Counted from the stretch's first letter, positions 1 to 16,384 are shown. The stretch is DNA of 64,000 bases from Eledone cirrhosa (GCA_964016885.1 OZ024760.1:33356001-33420000), one strand, 5' to 3'. Notes: generated by a model not told the origin, from the letters alone. Numbers and translations: made by a program.

Positions 1-42
1 ATGGTTTTAATTGTTTTGGTGTGTTGTTAATTTGTTTGTTTT

Positions 43-1192
43 TTAATGGCAGCAATGGGAGTTTGTGCAGTGGGGTGATAGTGGAGGGTGGTGCTGGGTG
101 ATAGCTCGAATGTTTTTTTCCAGTTCTTTTGCCAGATTCATTATGGCTAAAAAAGAGGAAGAAGTTTCCTGTTTAGAAGACTGTTGGTGACTGTGGTAGT
201 GGTTATTTTTATGTAGGTTATGGTTTTTGTTTTTGCTTTTATTTTTAATTTTATTTTCATTTGTCCGACGGGTCCCCGGGAGATGGGTAAAGGGACAATC
301 CCGGTCTAAACACAATCTGTCTCGCAGGGAAAAGCGGCAGATTTGTGGATTCCTTGTTTGAGTTATTGGTGGTTGTGTTGGTGTTAAATTAGAGTATGTA
401 TTATGGTGGTGGCTGTTTGTGGGGATAGATCGTTTTGTCCTAGGTAAATGGGTGAATTTGCAGCCACTACCCGTACATATTCTATAGCGTAGAGAGTAGC
501 GGCAAATGATGGGGTTTCGAGTGGGTGGGTATGTGGGTGTGGGTGTTGTGAGAGGTGTAGATGATGGTTTGGGTAGGATTTGACGACCTTTGTGGACTGT
601 GGGAGGGAGAGTTCTTGTTCTGGAATTAGAAGGTAAATTCCTTGACATAGCAGTAGACAAAAATGTTGTAGTAGTAGTAGTAGTAGTAGGCAGAGATGTT
701 GGCAGTGGTGATGATTGGACTGCTGGGCCAGAGAAAGGATGTGGCGTTTCATGCTGTGAGACAGGCTACTGGGGAATCAATAGTTTCATTTAGTAGATCG
801 GCCATTGTTGATGAATCAAGGAGTGGTTCACACTGTTGTTGTCGTTGTTGTTGTTGTTGCTGTTGTTGATGTTGTTGTTGTAGCTGTTGTTGTTGTTGCC
901 GTTGTAGCTGCTGTTGTTGTTGTTGCTGCTGCTGGACAGCATTCGAAGAAAAAACACACCGTAGTTTATCCAAATGTTTATTGATTAATTTAAAAGCAAT
1001 TTCTATTTGCTTTAATCTATTTTGAATCTGTTGTTCAGATCGAGTTTTCAAAAATTGAACTGTACGTTTAGCAATGTCGTTCAGAGATGAAGCATCTATG
1101 TCTTCTGTTCGGGTAAGGCAATGCCATGTGTTTTTTAGAATGTCGATTTCATTATCAGACCAGTTCTGTTTGGATTTTTGCTGGTTAGCCAT
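43..1192 (-). pseudogene. Probable ORF1 of a non-LTR retrotransposon, split by one frameshift near 750-768: Myb/SANT-like N-terminus, poly-Q, two CCCH-type zinc fingers
   Basis: 749..1192 has WSDNEIDILK...RSEQQIQNRLKQ (Myb/trihelix-like). 43..660 has CRYSLRYRICTGSGCKFTH and CRFSLRDRLCLDRDCPFTH. The second frame stays open upstream to about 765. ORF2 would lie outside the window. Confidence 0.5.
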
Positions 1193-1510
1193 TCTAGTTT
1201 TGAGTGTGTGTGTGTTTTAGTTAAGTATTTCAATATATATATATTTTTTTAAAATTTATTTTTGATTTATTTTTGTTTTTTGTTTTTCTTGTCTGTGAGT
1301 GAGAAGAGTATATATATAAATATGAGTATATATATATATATATATATGTATATTCTGGTTATTTGAAATTAATTAAGTTAATGAAAAGACGAAAGTATAT
1401 AATAATAATTTGTAGTTAAAGGAAAATGTACTCACAAGTTCGAAAACACGTGGTTTAAAATATATAATAATATAGATGTATGTAAATGTATTAACCGGTC
1501 AATTTTTTCG

Positions 1511-2419
<909 letters not shown>

Positions 2420-2564
2420 AGGATTAGAATACTGGAGCGTGTTTGAGTCAAATACCCTCTTCGTATTATAGAAATGACAGTAAAAGGTATAGCTCAATGC
2501 AGTTAAACAGAGCCAACAAATTAAGAGAGTAAAACAAAGAATCCTTTAATACATCAAAAGTTTT

Positions 2565-2612
2565 TATTAGCCGACAATGTTTCGTCCTATTAAGGACTCA
2601 TCAGGGCAATCA
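2565..2612 (-). ncRNA. Type I minimal hammerhead ribozyme in PLE pseudo-LTR
   Basis: Minus strand: gcc CUGAUGA gucc-uuaaua-ggac GAAA c-auu-GUC ggc, followed by AAUAAA. Confidence 0.88.
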
Positions 2613-2936
2613 AAACAACAAGAGGTAATATCGGCAGATACAAGCCAGAAACTCTGAAGAATATGGAGTGTACATACACTAATGTCTTACAAAGATATAC
2701 GATAATAAAAATGAAAATAAAGATAAAAATAATAAAAATATATAATAACTAAGGATGTAGATAACATTAAGAACTATATTACAAATAAGCCACCAACCTA
2801 AATCTAAATAAATTTGGTTATATAGAGCAGGAATTATATATAACACAATATAATACATTATAATAATAATATATTTATACCAACATTAAAATTCCAAATT
2901 AAAAATCAAAAGGTACAATATATACATGTATATATG

Positions 2937-3006
<70 letters not shown>

Positions 3007-4540
3007 ACAATACACATATCTATGTTCTATTACACAGAAATTAAGCCCTATTAGAAGTTTGAATATTAAAAATAAGCATGGTAATAGTGAAAATAATACT
3101 AATACATCTACCCAATATACATGAGGCAATAATATGATATAATTACAAGAAACACATATAACAAATAATAAACAACAAAATTATATAATTCAATACAATA
3201 TAATAAAGTAGAATAGATAATCCCCGGTTAATTTACAGAAACAATATAGATGTCACAATGAAATACAATGATAAAATGTTAACATTATGTTAACAAGTAC
3301 CATAAACAATATATACAAATTGATTCATACTGGGTTACATAATAAATGAGGAAATATAAATCATATAATACTAAAAAAAACTATAATGGTACAGGGAAAA
3401 ATTGTGATGTTACAGAAAAAATATGATGTTACAGAAAAAAATATACAGACATCTAACATGATATGTAAAGTCTAAATATCATAATGTTACATATTACAAT
3501 ATTAAAAAAATCCAGACATCTTACATGATATATAAAGTTTAAATATCATAATGTTATATATAATGAACGGTAAGTAATAAGGATCTATATCATAATGTAA
3601 TATATTTTTAAATTGGCATAAAATATATAAATACTTATAATTACAAGGTTAGTAGACAGACATATGTGTGGATGAGTGAGCGAAGCCAGACAGTGAATAG
3701 TAAATAGAATATAGAATAAAACAAATAAATACAATCAACCGGAAATTACAAAACAAAAGCAAATGTATACACATTTAGGCCTCGCGTGCATTAAGAAATT
3801 AGGTAAACACCAAGGAAAGCGATCATTTTAAATGACTCCAAACCCTATCTGATAAATTAATATTAAAAATATCGAACCCGTCCAATAAGGTAGTATAATA
3901 TTAGCTGTAGTTTAAGTCATTAAAGTATATAAACTTTAATGTATCATTACAAATGTTTACAAAAAGGAATAAAATTACACTATCATATACGCAACGATAT
4001 CTAAAAAACTGACTTAAGTAGAGTTAAGGTAGGCTAATGGGGACAGAATTGACAAAATATATGGAGGGTGTGAAGTGGCATAAAATATATTCGATATACT
4101 ATAATAAATAGTAGAACGGAGCATAAAAGAGGGGGGGGGGGTTAAATATAATCATATTCAATCTGGAGGGGTTGACAATAAGTTTATGTTTGCATGGGGG
4201 GGAGGGGAAGGGGAGGAAGGGGGGGGGGGTTGTCGATAGATAAATCAGAGTAGACTTAGAAATAAAAATAGAATTAAAAATAAAAATAAAAATAATATTA
4301 AAATTAAAATTAAAGTTAATAATAATAAAAAAATATAAAAATAATAATAGAATAACGTAAGTGGCGTAAAGTGTGTAATCTTATGTATACTAACAAGGTG
4401 TAATAGTGAAGACATAGATATGGTACAGTGGCCAAATGATTATGAGAGCTAGAATGAAGAGTCATCAAAAAACCAATGATAACATTAATGTTGGCAAACA
4501 AAAGAACCCAAACAAAAAACTAAGTAATGGAATATATCTG

Positions 4541-7195
4541 CTAATGGGTACAATTTGTACTACTAGAACATTTGGGTTCATAATAAAAATAAGAATTAGA
4601 AATGGCATGGGGGCAAGAAGAGAATATCTCAGACTTTCTATTCAGTAAGGGTACGCTAGAGAAAATAATAGAGTGTGTCTCAAGTATACAGAGATTACAA
4701 AACTTACTATGTGCAGAAAGGTGGTTAGATCGTGCTACTAAACTCCAGTTAAGGCTATATGGTATATAATCTCCTTAAGATCCCAGATATAATGCGCTAG
4801 AGAGGTAGAATTCTTAAACCTAACATGTTTGAAGTTAGAGATATGAGAGTTAAACCTAGTCTTAAAAGTGTTTGAAGTAGATCCTATATACGTTCTTTTA
4901 GAGGAATTAGTTATAACCTCGCAAGCATAGACAATGTTCTTAGAAAGGCAGTTACCGTTTAGAGGGCAGTTAGCACTCACTCTACAATTGCACTTCCGGG
5001 TGTTATTGGTTGGCTCGAGTGGTGATGTATTGCACGTAGGACCTCTATTAGATAAGGACTGTTCTGGTGGTAAAGCATTGTCCGATGCATTCAGACTAGT
5101 AGTATGTAGAGAGGAGAATCCATCCCTAATTTTCCTATTATTAGTGCTAGCTAAATGAGAACTAATATTAGGGGTGGTAGAGAATGAGAGTTTAATAAAA
5201 TTTTTATTAAAAATGCCATGGTATTTGTGAGAAGGGGGGACATTTTTCTCCAAGATAGTGAAGAAAGACCTAGGGATATTAGTTGATACATCCTGATTAT
5301 ATGGCGGGTTGAAATAAGTATTCAATCGCCTTCTATTTTTATTCTTATCGACCCTACCTCTATCAAGTGTCCCACCGTCAAGACTAGGGTTACTATCGGA
5401 AATAGTTGAAGCCACATTCCTAGAATCAGCCATAATTTCGTTATGCCTATTATAGTTTCTACCTCTAGTAGATCCGCTGTTGTCCAGAATCCCTACAAGA
5501 GGATTAGGGCCAATGATAGGATCAGTAGGAGCAACATTACTAGAATAAGATCCAGCCAAACCAACACCAATACTCTTAGAGGTATTATATTTGTTATTAC
5601 GAGTCCGGTGGGATAACTTATGGGTGGGTTCAGATACTCCTATATAAGTTCTACGGTTACTATGTTTGCTACTCCCATTCATGGCCATGTTATGTGATAT
5701 AATGTTATTATTATTAAGAGTAAGCGGAGACTTTCTAAAGTTACTATTATTATAATTTATTTTACTAGAGTGACCTGAATTTGCTAGGGCATTATTGTAG
5801 TACTCCGCATGTTCATTAAAAGTTCCTATGTCCTTAGATAGTGTGGAAATCCTATTAGAAATGCCCTTAATTATAGAGTTTATCATAGACTTAGGGTGAT
5901 TAGAATTGGGGCTAACATAATAAAGAATTTCATTAGGCTTATGGAAGGGTTTAAAACTATTAGTGGCCAAGTCCAAAGTCACATCTGAAAAGTTAACCGC
6001 TCTATCATTTCTATCTATCGTGATTGAAAGGTTGTAGCTTTTAAAAAACTTATAAAGCTTCTTCTTATTACGTTCTACATTCTTGGTACTAGAGTTAATT
6101 ACAAACAATGCATCATCACGATATAGTCCGCCTACAAAGTGCGGGAAGGTAGCATATAGTTCATTAAGGAGGAACAACCCAACAAGATCAGTAACCTGGG
6201 CCGAATCACTCGAACCCATTGTAACGTCGAAATTATTGGGCGTGTTTTTACGGGTCCAAAAAGTGTCCTCAAATTTAATAATAGTTTTACGGGCTGCTAG
6301 TATAATATCTACCTGCGATCGTGTAAGGCTGGACACTCTCATGGCCAACATTAAGGCTTTATTGAGGAGGATGGGTGAAATTGATGTGTAGTAGGCATCA
6401 ATATCGAATTGGATAAACTTATTAGATTCAAGAATCCCAGAGAACCAATCTATAACTTCCCTAGTGTTCCCCCATAAGTTAAAATTAACCTTATCCCTAA
6501 CATCTGGTATAATAAGGTCAAGGATTTTTTTTACTGATAATGGCTATATCCGACTTAGAAGGACAGATAAGTCTAACTGAGGGGTTACTAATAAAATCAA
6601 CCTTATGGTCCTTAAGTGTGAATCTCGGTTCTCGAGGGTAATATGGCTGGGTATACTTATCGAGTCCGAGGTCAGAGACTATTCTAAGGCCCTCACTATT
6701 GATGTGGTTCAAATTCTCAAGCGTAGTTTTTTTATAGTTTCTATATAACTCTTTATAAATAAAATCGCGGTATGTACTATAGTCCATGGAGTATAGATTC
6801 TTAGTCTTATCTGCCGGGACCAGAATGGACTTATTCTCACCGAAACCCTTAACAATATTTTTAAGTCTGGACTGGAATTTATCAAAATTACTATTGTTTC
6901 TATGTCTATCATTTGGCCTAAACCTAACATTTTTGACCAGAGAGAGTAAGTCACCTTCGAAACTATCTAATAGTATGTTGTGTGGTGGGCTCTTATAAGT
7001 TTTGAAGCCGTAGTTATTAAAATTTGTTCTATTCCTGGGGTCCTTCCTATTCTTATTACTATCGTAGTGAAACGCACACCATCTAATCCTTTTTACAAAG
7101 GAGTTAACACTAGCTATCAGTAGTTTTTGGTAAGTATTCTTAGAGGGGGTGGGAATATTTTTCAGAGATAAAGGCAAGTAACTCTTTGTCAGCAT
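4541..7195 (-). pseudogene. PLE RT-GIY-YIG polyprotein, frameshifted at about 6530 (A8 run) and about 4772
   Basis: SLKNIP...KRIRW; ADKT (DKG-equivalent); FIQFDIDAYYTSI; FDVTMGS; GLYRDD; CNCRVSANCPL..C, IVY...TYIGST..FKTRF..H. The shifted C-terminus contains FCNLC and SCPH. Confidence 0.92.
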
Positions 7196-7259
7196 ACTGT
7201 CAGATAAAAATATATAGAGGCCAAAATACTAGTATATATGTGAGTAAGCTCAACCTATT

Positions 7260-8728
7260 AGATGTGACTTTGGACTTGGCCACTAATAGTTTTAAACCCT
7301 TCCATAAGCCTAATGAAATTCTTTATTATGTTAGCCCCAATTCTAACCACCCTAAGTCTATGATAAACTCTATAATTAAGGGCATTTCTAATAGGATTTC
7401 TACACTATCTAAGGACATAGGAATTTTTAATGAACATGCGGAGTACTACAATAATGCCCTAGCAAATCAGGTCACTCTAGTAAAATAAATTATAATAATA
7501 GTAACTTTAGAAAGTCTCCGCTTACTCTTAATAATAATAACATTATATCACATAACATGGCCATGAATGGGAGTGGCAAACATAGTAACCGTAGAACTTA
7601 TATAGGAGTATCTGAACCCACCCATAAGTTATCCCACCGGACTCGTAATAACAAATATAATACCTCTAAGAGACAAGTCGAGCCCCCTGTGCGCTCACGC
7701 ATTGGTGTTGGTTTGGCTGGATCTTATTCTAGTAATGTTGCTCCTACTGATCCTATCATTGGCCCTAATCCTCTTGTAGGGATTCTGGACAACAGCGGAT
7801 CTACTAGAGGTAGAAACTATAATAGGCATAACGAAATTATGGCTGATTCTAGGAATGTGGCTTCAACTATTCCCGATAGTAACCCTAGTCTTGACGGTGG
7901 GACACTTGATAGAGGTAGAGTCGATAAGAATAAAAATAGAAGGCGATTGAATACTTATTTCAACCCGCCATATAATCAGGATGTATCAACTAATATCCCT
8001 AGGTCTTTCTTCACTATCTTGGAGAAAAATGTCCCCCCTTCTCACAAATACCATGGCATTTTTAATAAAAATTTTATTAAACTCTCATTCTCTACCACCC
8101 CTAATATTAGTTCTCATTTAGCTAGCACTAATAATAGGAAAATTAGGGATGGATTCTCCTCTCTACATACTACTAGTCTGAATGCATCGGACAATGCTTT
8201 ACCACCAGAACAGTCCTTATCTAATAGAGGTCCTACGTGCAATACATCACCACTCGAGCCAACCAATAACACCCGGAAGTGCAATTGTAGAGTGAGTGCT
8301 AACTGCCCTCTAAACGGTAACTGCCTTTCTAAGAACATTGTCTATGCTTGCGAGGTTATAACTAATTCCTCTAAAAGAACGTATATAGGATCTACTTCAA
8401 ACACTTTTAAGACTAGGTTTAACTCTCATATCTCTAACTTCAAACATGTTAGGTTTAAGAATTCTACCTCTCTAGCGCATTATATCTGGGATCTTAAGGA
8501 GATTATATACCATATAGCCTTAACTGGAGTTTAGTAGCACGATCTAACCACCTTTCTGCACATAGTAAGTTTTGTAATCTCTGTATACTTGAGACACACT
8601 CTATTTTCTCTAGCGTACCCTTACTGAATAGAAAGTCTGAGATATTCTCTTCTTGTCCCCATGCCATTTCTAATTCTTATTTTTATTATGAACCCAAATG
8701 TTCTAGTAGTACAAATTGTACCCATTAG
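7260..8728 (+). pseudogene. Inverted 5'-truncated copy of the PLE ORF (RT C-terminal part plus GIY-YIG)
   Basis: ORFs 7186..7488 and 7557..8534 are nearly identical to the corresponding parts of 4738..6351. Confidence 0.92.
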
Positions 8729-10259
8729 CAGATATATTCCATTACTTAGTTTTTTGTTTGGGTTCTTTTGTTTGCCAACATTAATGTTATCATTGGTTTT
8801 TTGATGACTCTTCATTCTAGCTCTCATAATCATTTGGCCACTGTACCATATCTATGTCTTCACTATTACACCTTGTTAGTATACATAAGATTACACACTT
8901 TACGCCACTTACGTTATTCTATTATTATCTTTATATTTTTTTATTATTATTAACTTTAATTTTAATTTTAATATTATTTTTATTTTTATTTTTAATTCTA
9001 TTTTTATTTCTAAGTCTATTCTGATTTATCTATCGACAACCCCCCCCCCCCCTTCCTCCCCTCCCCCCCCCCCCATGCACACATAAACTTATTGTCAACC
9101 CCTCCAGATTGAATATGATTATATTTAACCCCCCCCCTCTTTTATGCTCCGTTCTACTATTTATTATAGTATATCGAATATATTTTATGCCACTTCACAC
9201 CCTCCATATATTTTGTCAATTCTGTCCCCATTAGCCTACCTTAACTCTACTTAAGTCAGTTTTTTAGATATCGTTGCGTATATGATAGTGTAATTTTATT
9301 CCTTTTTGTAAACATTTGTAATGATACATTAAAGTTTATATACTTTAATGACTTAAACTACAGCTAATATTATACTACCTTATTGCACGGGTTCGATATT
9401 TTTAATATTAATTTATCAGATAGGGTTTGGAGTCATTTAAAATGATCGCTTTCCTTGTTGTTTACCTAATTTCTTAATGCACGCGAGGCCTAAATGTGTA
9501 TACATTTGCTTTTGTTTTGTAATTTCCGGTTGATTGTATTTATTTGTTTTATTCTATATTCTATTTACTATTCACTGTCTGGCTTCGCTCACTCATCCAC
9601 ACATGTCTGTCTACTAACCTTGTAATTATAAGTATTTATATATTTTATGCCAATTTAAAAATATATTACATTATGATATAGATCCTTATTACTTACCGTT
9701 CATTATATATAACATTATGATATTTAAACTTTATATATCATGTAAGATGTCTGGATTTTTTTAATACTGTAATATGTAACATTATGATATTTAGACTTTA
9801 CATATCATGTTAGATGTCTGTATATTTTTTTCTGTAACATCATATTTTTTCTGTAACATCACAATTTTTCCCTGTACCATTATAGTTTTTTTTAGTATTA
9901 TATGATTTATATTTCCTCATTTATTATGTAACCCAGTATGAATCAATTTGTATATATTGTTTATGGTACTTGTTAACATAATGTTAACATTTTATCATTG
10001 TATTTCATTGTGACATCTATATTGTTTCTGTAAATTAACCGGGGATTATCTATTCTACTTTATTATATTGTATTGAATTATATAATTTGGTTGTTTATTA
10101 TTTGTTATATGTGTTTCTTGTAATTATATCATATTATTGCCTCATGTATATTGGGTAGATGTATTAGTATTATTTTCACTATTACCATGCTTATTTTTAA
10201 TATTCAAACTTCTAATAGGGCTTAATTTCTGTGTAATAGAACATAGATATGTGTATTGT

Positions 10260-10326
<67 letters not shown>

Positions 10327-10657
10327 ACATATATACATGTATATATTGTACCTTTTGATTTTTAATTTGGAATTTTAATGTTGGTATAAATATATTATTA
10401 TTATAATGTATTATATTGTGTTATATATAATTCCTGCTCTATATAACCAAATTTGTTTAGATTTAGGTTGGTGGCTTTGGACTATATTTGTAATATGGTT
10501 CTTAATGTTATCTACATCCTTAGTTATTATATATTTTTATTATTTTTATCTTTATTTTCATTTTTATTATCGTATATCTTTGTAAGACATTAGTGTATGT
10601 ACACTCCATATTCTTCAGAGTTTCTGGCTTGTATCTGCCGATATTACCTCTTGTTTT

Positions 10658-10705
10658 GATTGCCCTCATGAGTCCTTAATAGGACGAAACATTGTCGGCT
10701 AATAA
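10658..10705 (+). ncRNA. HHR copy with core mutation CUCAUGA (G5C)
   Basis: tgccCTCATGAgtccttaataggacGAAAcattGTCggc. Confidence 0.8.
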
Positions 10706-10748
10706 AAACTTTTGATGTATTAAAGGATTCTTTGTTTTACTCTCTTAA

Positions 10749-11760
<1,012 letters not shown>

Positions 11761-11763
<3 letters not shown>

Positions 11764-14700
11764 ATGTAAATATAATGTATTTTGCAATACACTTTATGCT
11801 TAATTAAAAGCATTTTGAAGACCGTAAGCTATTGTTTTAAAGTAGTGACAAATTCACTCACTTCGATCTCAGCAAACAGGAGGAGATAAGCCGACATGAC
11901 ATGTTTCGCTTTTGTTGAAGCTTATCAAGGCCAACTACCCCGCCCGTCTGCTGAGATTAATGATGTTATATTCTTATAGAAATCTAGTAAATAATCAGGA
12001 GCTGATTATGCAGAGCGGTTGTTGGTCAGGCAGAAATTAAAAATTAGAATTGTAGCTCTGAAATAGCAATATATATATGGATGTAAATATAATGTATTTT
12101 GCAATACACTTTATGCTTAATTAAAAGCATTTTGAAGACCGTAAGCTATTGTTTTAAAGTAGTGACAAATTCACTCACTTCGATCTCAGCAAACAGGAGG
12201 AGATAAGCCGACATGACATGTTTCGCTTTTGTTGAAGCTTATCAAGGCCAACTACCCCGCCCGTCTGCTGAGATTAATGATGTTATATTCTTATAGAAAT
12301 CTAGTAAATAATCAGGAGCTGATTATGCAGAGCGGTTGTTGGTCAGGCAGAAATTAAAAATTAGAATTGTAGCTCTGAAATAGCAATATATATATGGATG
12401 TAAATATAATGTATTTTGCAATACACTTTATGCTTAATTAAAAGCATTTTGAAGACCGTAAGCTATTGTTTTAAAGTAGTGACAAATTCACTCACTTCGA
12501 TCTCAGCAAACAGGAGGAGATAAGCCGACATGACATGTTTCGCTTTTGTTGAAGCTTATCAAGGCCAACTACCCCGCCCGTCTGCTGAGATTAATGATGT
12601 TATATTCTTATAGAAATCTAGTAAATAATCAGGAGCTGATTATGCAGAGCGGTTGTTGGTCAGGCAGAAATTAAAAATTAGAATTGTAGCTCTGAAATAG
12701 CAATATATATATGGATGTAAATATAATGTATTTTGCAATACACTTTATGCTTAATTAAAAGCATTTTGAAGACCGTAAGCTATTGTTTTAAAGTAGTGAC
12801 AAATTCACTCACTTCGATCTCAGCAAACAGGAGGAGATAAGCCGACATGACATGTTTCGCTTTTGTTGAAGCTTATCAAGGCCAACTACCCCGCCCGTCT
12901 GCTGAGATTAATGATGTTATATTCTTATAGAAATCTAGTAAATAATCAGGAGCTGATTATGCAGAGCGGTTGTTGGTCAGGCAGAAATCAAAAATTAGAA
13001 TTGTAGCTCTGAAATAGCAATATATATATGGATGTAAATATAATGTATTTTGCAATACACTTTATGCTTAATTAAAAGCATTTTGAAGACCGTAAGCTAT
13101 TGTTTTAAAGTAGTGACAAATTCACTCACTTCGATCTCAGCAAACAGGAGGAGATAAGCCGACATGACATCTTTCGCTTTTGTTGAAGCTTATCAAGGCC
13201 AACTACCCCGCCCGTCTGCTGAGATTAATGATGTTATATTCTTATAGAAATCTAGTAAATAATCAGGAGCTGATTATGCAGAGCGGTTGTTGGTCAGGCA
13301 GAAATTAAAAATTAGAATTGTAGCTCTGAAATAGCAATATATATATGGATGTAAATATAATGTATTTTGCAATACACTTTATGCTTAATTAAAAGTATTT
13401 TGAAGACCGTAAGCTATTGTTTTAAAGTAGTGACAAATTCACTCACTTCGATCTCAGCAAACAGGAGGAGATAAGCCGACATGACATGTTTCGCTTTTGT
13501 TGAAGCTTATCAAGGCCAACTACCCCGCCCGTCTGCTGAGATTAATGATGTTATATTCTTATAGAACTGAGATCGAAGTGAGTGAATTTGTCACTACTTT
13601 AAAACAATAGCTTACGGTCTTCAAAATGCTTTTAATTAAGCATAAAGTGTATTGCAAAATACATTATATTTACATCCATATATATATTGCTATTTCAGAG
13701 CTACAATTCTAATTTTTAATTTCTGCCTGACCAACAACCGCTCTGCATAATCAGCTCCTGATTATTTACTAGATTTCTATAAGAATATAACATCATTAAT
13801 CTCAGCAGACGGGCGGGGTAGTTGGCCTTGATAAGCTTCAACAAAAGCGAAACATGTCATGTCGGCTTATCTCCTCCTGTTTGCTGAGATCGAAGTGAGT
13901 GAATTTGTCACTACTTTAAAACAATAGCTTACGGTCTTCAAAATGCTTTTAATTAAGCATAAAGTGTATTGCAAAATACATTATATTTACATCCATATAT
14001 ATATTGCTATTTCAGAGCTACAATTCTAATTTTTAATTTCTGCCTGACCAACAACCGCTCTGCATAATCAGCTCCTGATTATTTACTAGATTTCTATAAG
14101 AATATAACATCATTAATCTCAGCAGACGGGCGGGGTAGTTGGCCTTGATAAGTTTCAACAAAAGCGAAACATGTCATGTCGGCTTATCTCCTCCTGTTTG
14201 CTGAGATCGAAGTGAGTGAATTTGTCACTACTTTAAAACAATAGCTTACGGTCTTCAAAATGCTTTTAATTAAGCATAAAGTGTATTGCAAAATACATTA
14301 TATTTACATCCATATATATATTGCTATTTCAGAGCTACAATTCTAATTTTTAATTTCTGCCTGACCAACAACCGCTCTGCATAATCAGCTCCTGATTATT
14401 TACTAGATTTCTATAAGAATATAACATCATTAATCTCAGCAGACGGGCGGGGTAGTTGGCCTTGATAAGCTTCAACAAAAGCGAAACATGTCATGTCGGC
14501 TTATCTCCTCCTGTTTGCTGAGATCGAAGTGAGTGAATTTGTCACTACTTTAAAACAATAGCTTACGGTCTTCAAAATGCTTTTAATTAAGCATAAAGTG
14601 TATTGCAAAATACATTATATTTACATCCATATATATATTGCTATTTCAGAGCTACAATTCTAATTTTTAATTTCTGCCTGACCAACAACCGCTCTGCATA

Positions 14701-15930
14701 ATCAGCTCCTGATTATTTACTAGATTTCTATAAGAATATAACATCATTAATCTCAGCAGACGGGCGGGGTAGTTGGCCTTGATAAGCTTCAACAAAAGCG
14801 AAACATGTCATGTCGGCTTATCTCCTCCTGTTTGCTGAGATCGAAGTGAGTGAATTTGTCACTACTTTAAAACAATAGCTTACGGTCTTCAAAATGCTTT
14901 TAATTAAGCATAAAGTGTATTGCAAAATACATTATATTTACATCCATATATATATTGCTATTTCAGAGCTACAATTCTAATTTTTAATTTCTGCCTGACC
15001 AACAACCGCTCTGCATAATCAGCTCCTGATTATTTACTAGATTTCTATAAGAATATAACATCATTAATCTCAGCAGACGGGCGGGGTAGTTGGCCTTGAT
15101 AAGCTTCAACAAAAGCGAAACATGTCATGTCGGCTTATCTCCTCCTGTTTGCTGAGATCGAAGTGAGTGAATTTGTCACTACTTTAAAACAATAGCTTAC
15201 GGTCTTCAAAATGCTTTTAATTAAGCATAAAGTGTATTGCAAAATACATTATATTTACATCCATATATATATTGCTATTTCAGAGCTACAATTCTAATTT
15301 TTAATTTCTGCCTGACCAACAACCGCTCTGCATAATCAGCTCCTGATTATTTACTAGATTTCTATAAGAATATAACATCATTAATCTCAGCAGACGGGCG
15401 GGGTAGTTGGCCTTGATAAGCTTCAACAAAAGCGAAACATGTCATGTCGGCTTATCTCCTCCTGTTTGCTGAGATCGAAGTGAGTGAATTTGTCACTACT
15501 TTAAAACAATAGCTTACGGTCTTCAAAATGCTTTTAATTAAGCATAAAGTGTATTGCAAAATACATTATATTTACATCCATATATATATTGCTATTTCAG
15601 AGCTACAATTCTAATTTTTAATTTCTGCCTGACCAACAACCGCTCTGCATAATCAGCTCCTGATTATTTACTAGATTTCTATAAGAATATAACATCATTA
15701 ATCTCAGCAGACGGGCGGGGTAGTTGGCTTTGATAAGCTTCAACAAAAGCGAAACATGTCATGTCGGCTTATCTCCTCCTGTTTGCTGAGATCGAAGTGA
15801 GTGAATTTGTCACTACTTTAAAACAATAGCTTACGGTCTTCAAAATGCTTTTAATTAAGCATAAAGTGTATTGCAAAATACATTATATTTACATCCATAT
15901 ATATATTGCTATTTCAGAGCTACAATTCTA

Positions 15931-15931
<1 letters not shown>
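11761..15931. mobile_element. Tandem array of a 317-bp HHR-containing unit (non-LTR retrozyme-like): about 5.7 units on minus, then about 7.5 units on plus, inversion at 13566/13567
   Basis: Unit starts at 11761, 12078, 12395, 12712, 13029, 13346. Only about 5 substitutions seen in about 4.2 kb. One HHR per unit (13 copies). Confidence 0.92.
13801..13890 (+). ncRNA. Representative HHR of the 317-bp array, U3:A8 core variant, long stem I
   Basis: gcc UUGAUAA gcuu-caacaa-aagc GAAA cau-guc-auGUC ggc; distal pairing aucucagcagac/guuugcugagau. Confidence 0.82.
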
Positions 15932-15969
<38 letters not shown>

Positions 15970-16007
15970 TATATTATTATTATGTAATAAACAACATAAG
16001 GCAATTA

Positions 16008-16066
16008 TTCCATTTACCAGTGGTTTCTTAAAAGCAAAAGTTTTTGCTTTCAATCCTCAGAAAGAA
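16008..16066 (-). ncRNA. Type I HHR in an isolated pLTR fragment (~15975-16200)
   Basis: Minus: uucuuu CUGAGGA uugaaagcaaaa-acu-uuugcuuuuaa GAAA cc-acu-gGUA aauggaa. Confidence 0.72.
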
Positions 16067-16207
16067 AAAAATCCTGGTTTGTTTATTGAATTTGGATCTT
16101 AAAAACAAAAAAAGCAAGCTATATGAAAGTGAGGTTGGAGAAGGAAGGAGGAAAGCAAAAAATAAAAACAAAATAAGACTACCCATACAACCACACATAC
16201 ACGAAAA

Positions 16208-16276
<69 letters not shown>

Positions 16277-16384
16277 GCACGCACGCGTATACAAATATAA
16301 ATATATTTCCCCCATACACATGTGTGTGCGTGCTTGTGCGCATACGCGCAGGGTATGTTCTGTTGAAAGTGTCTCGTGAATTGA

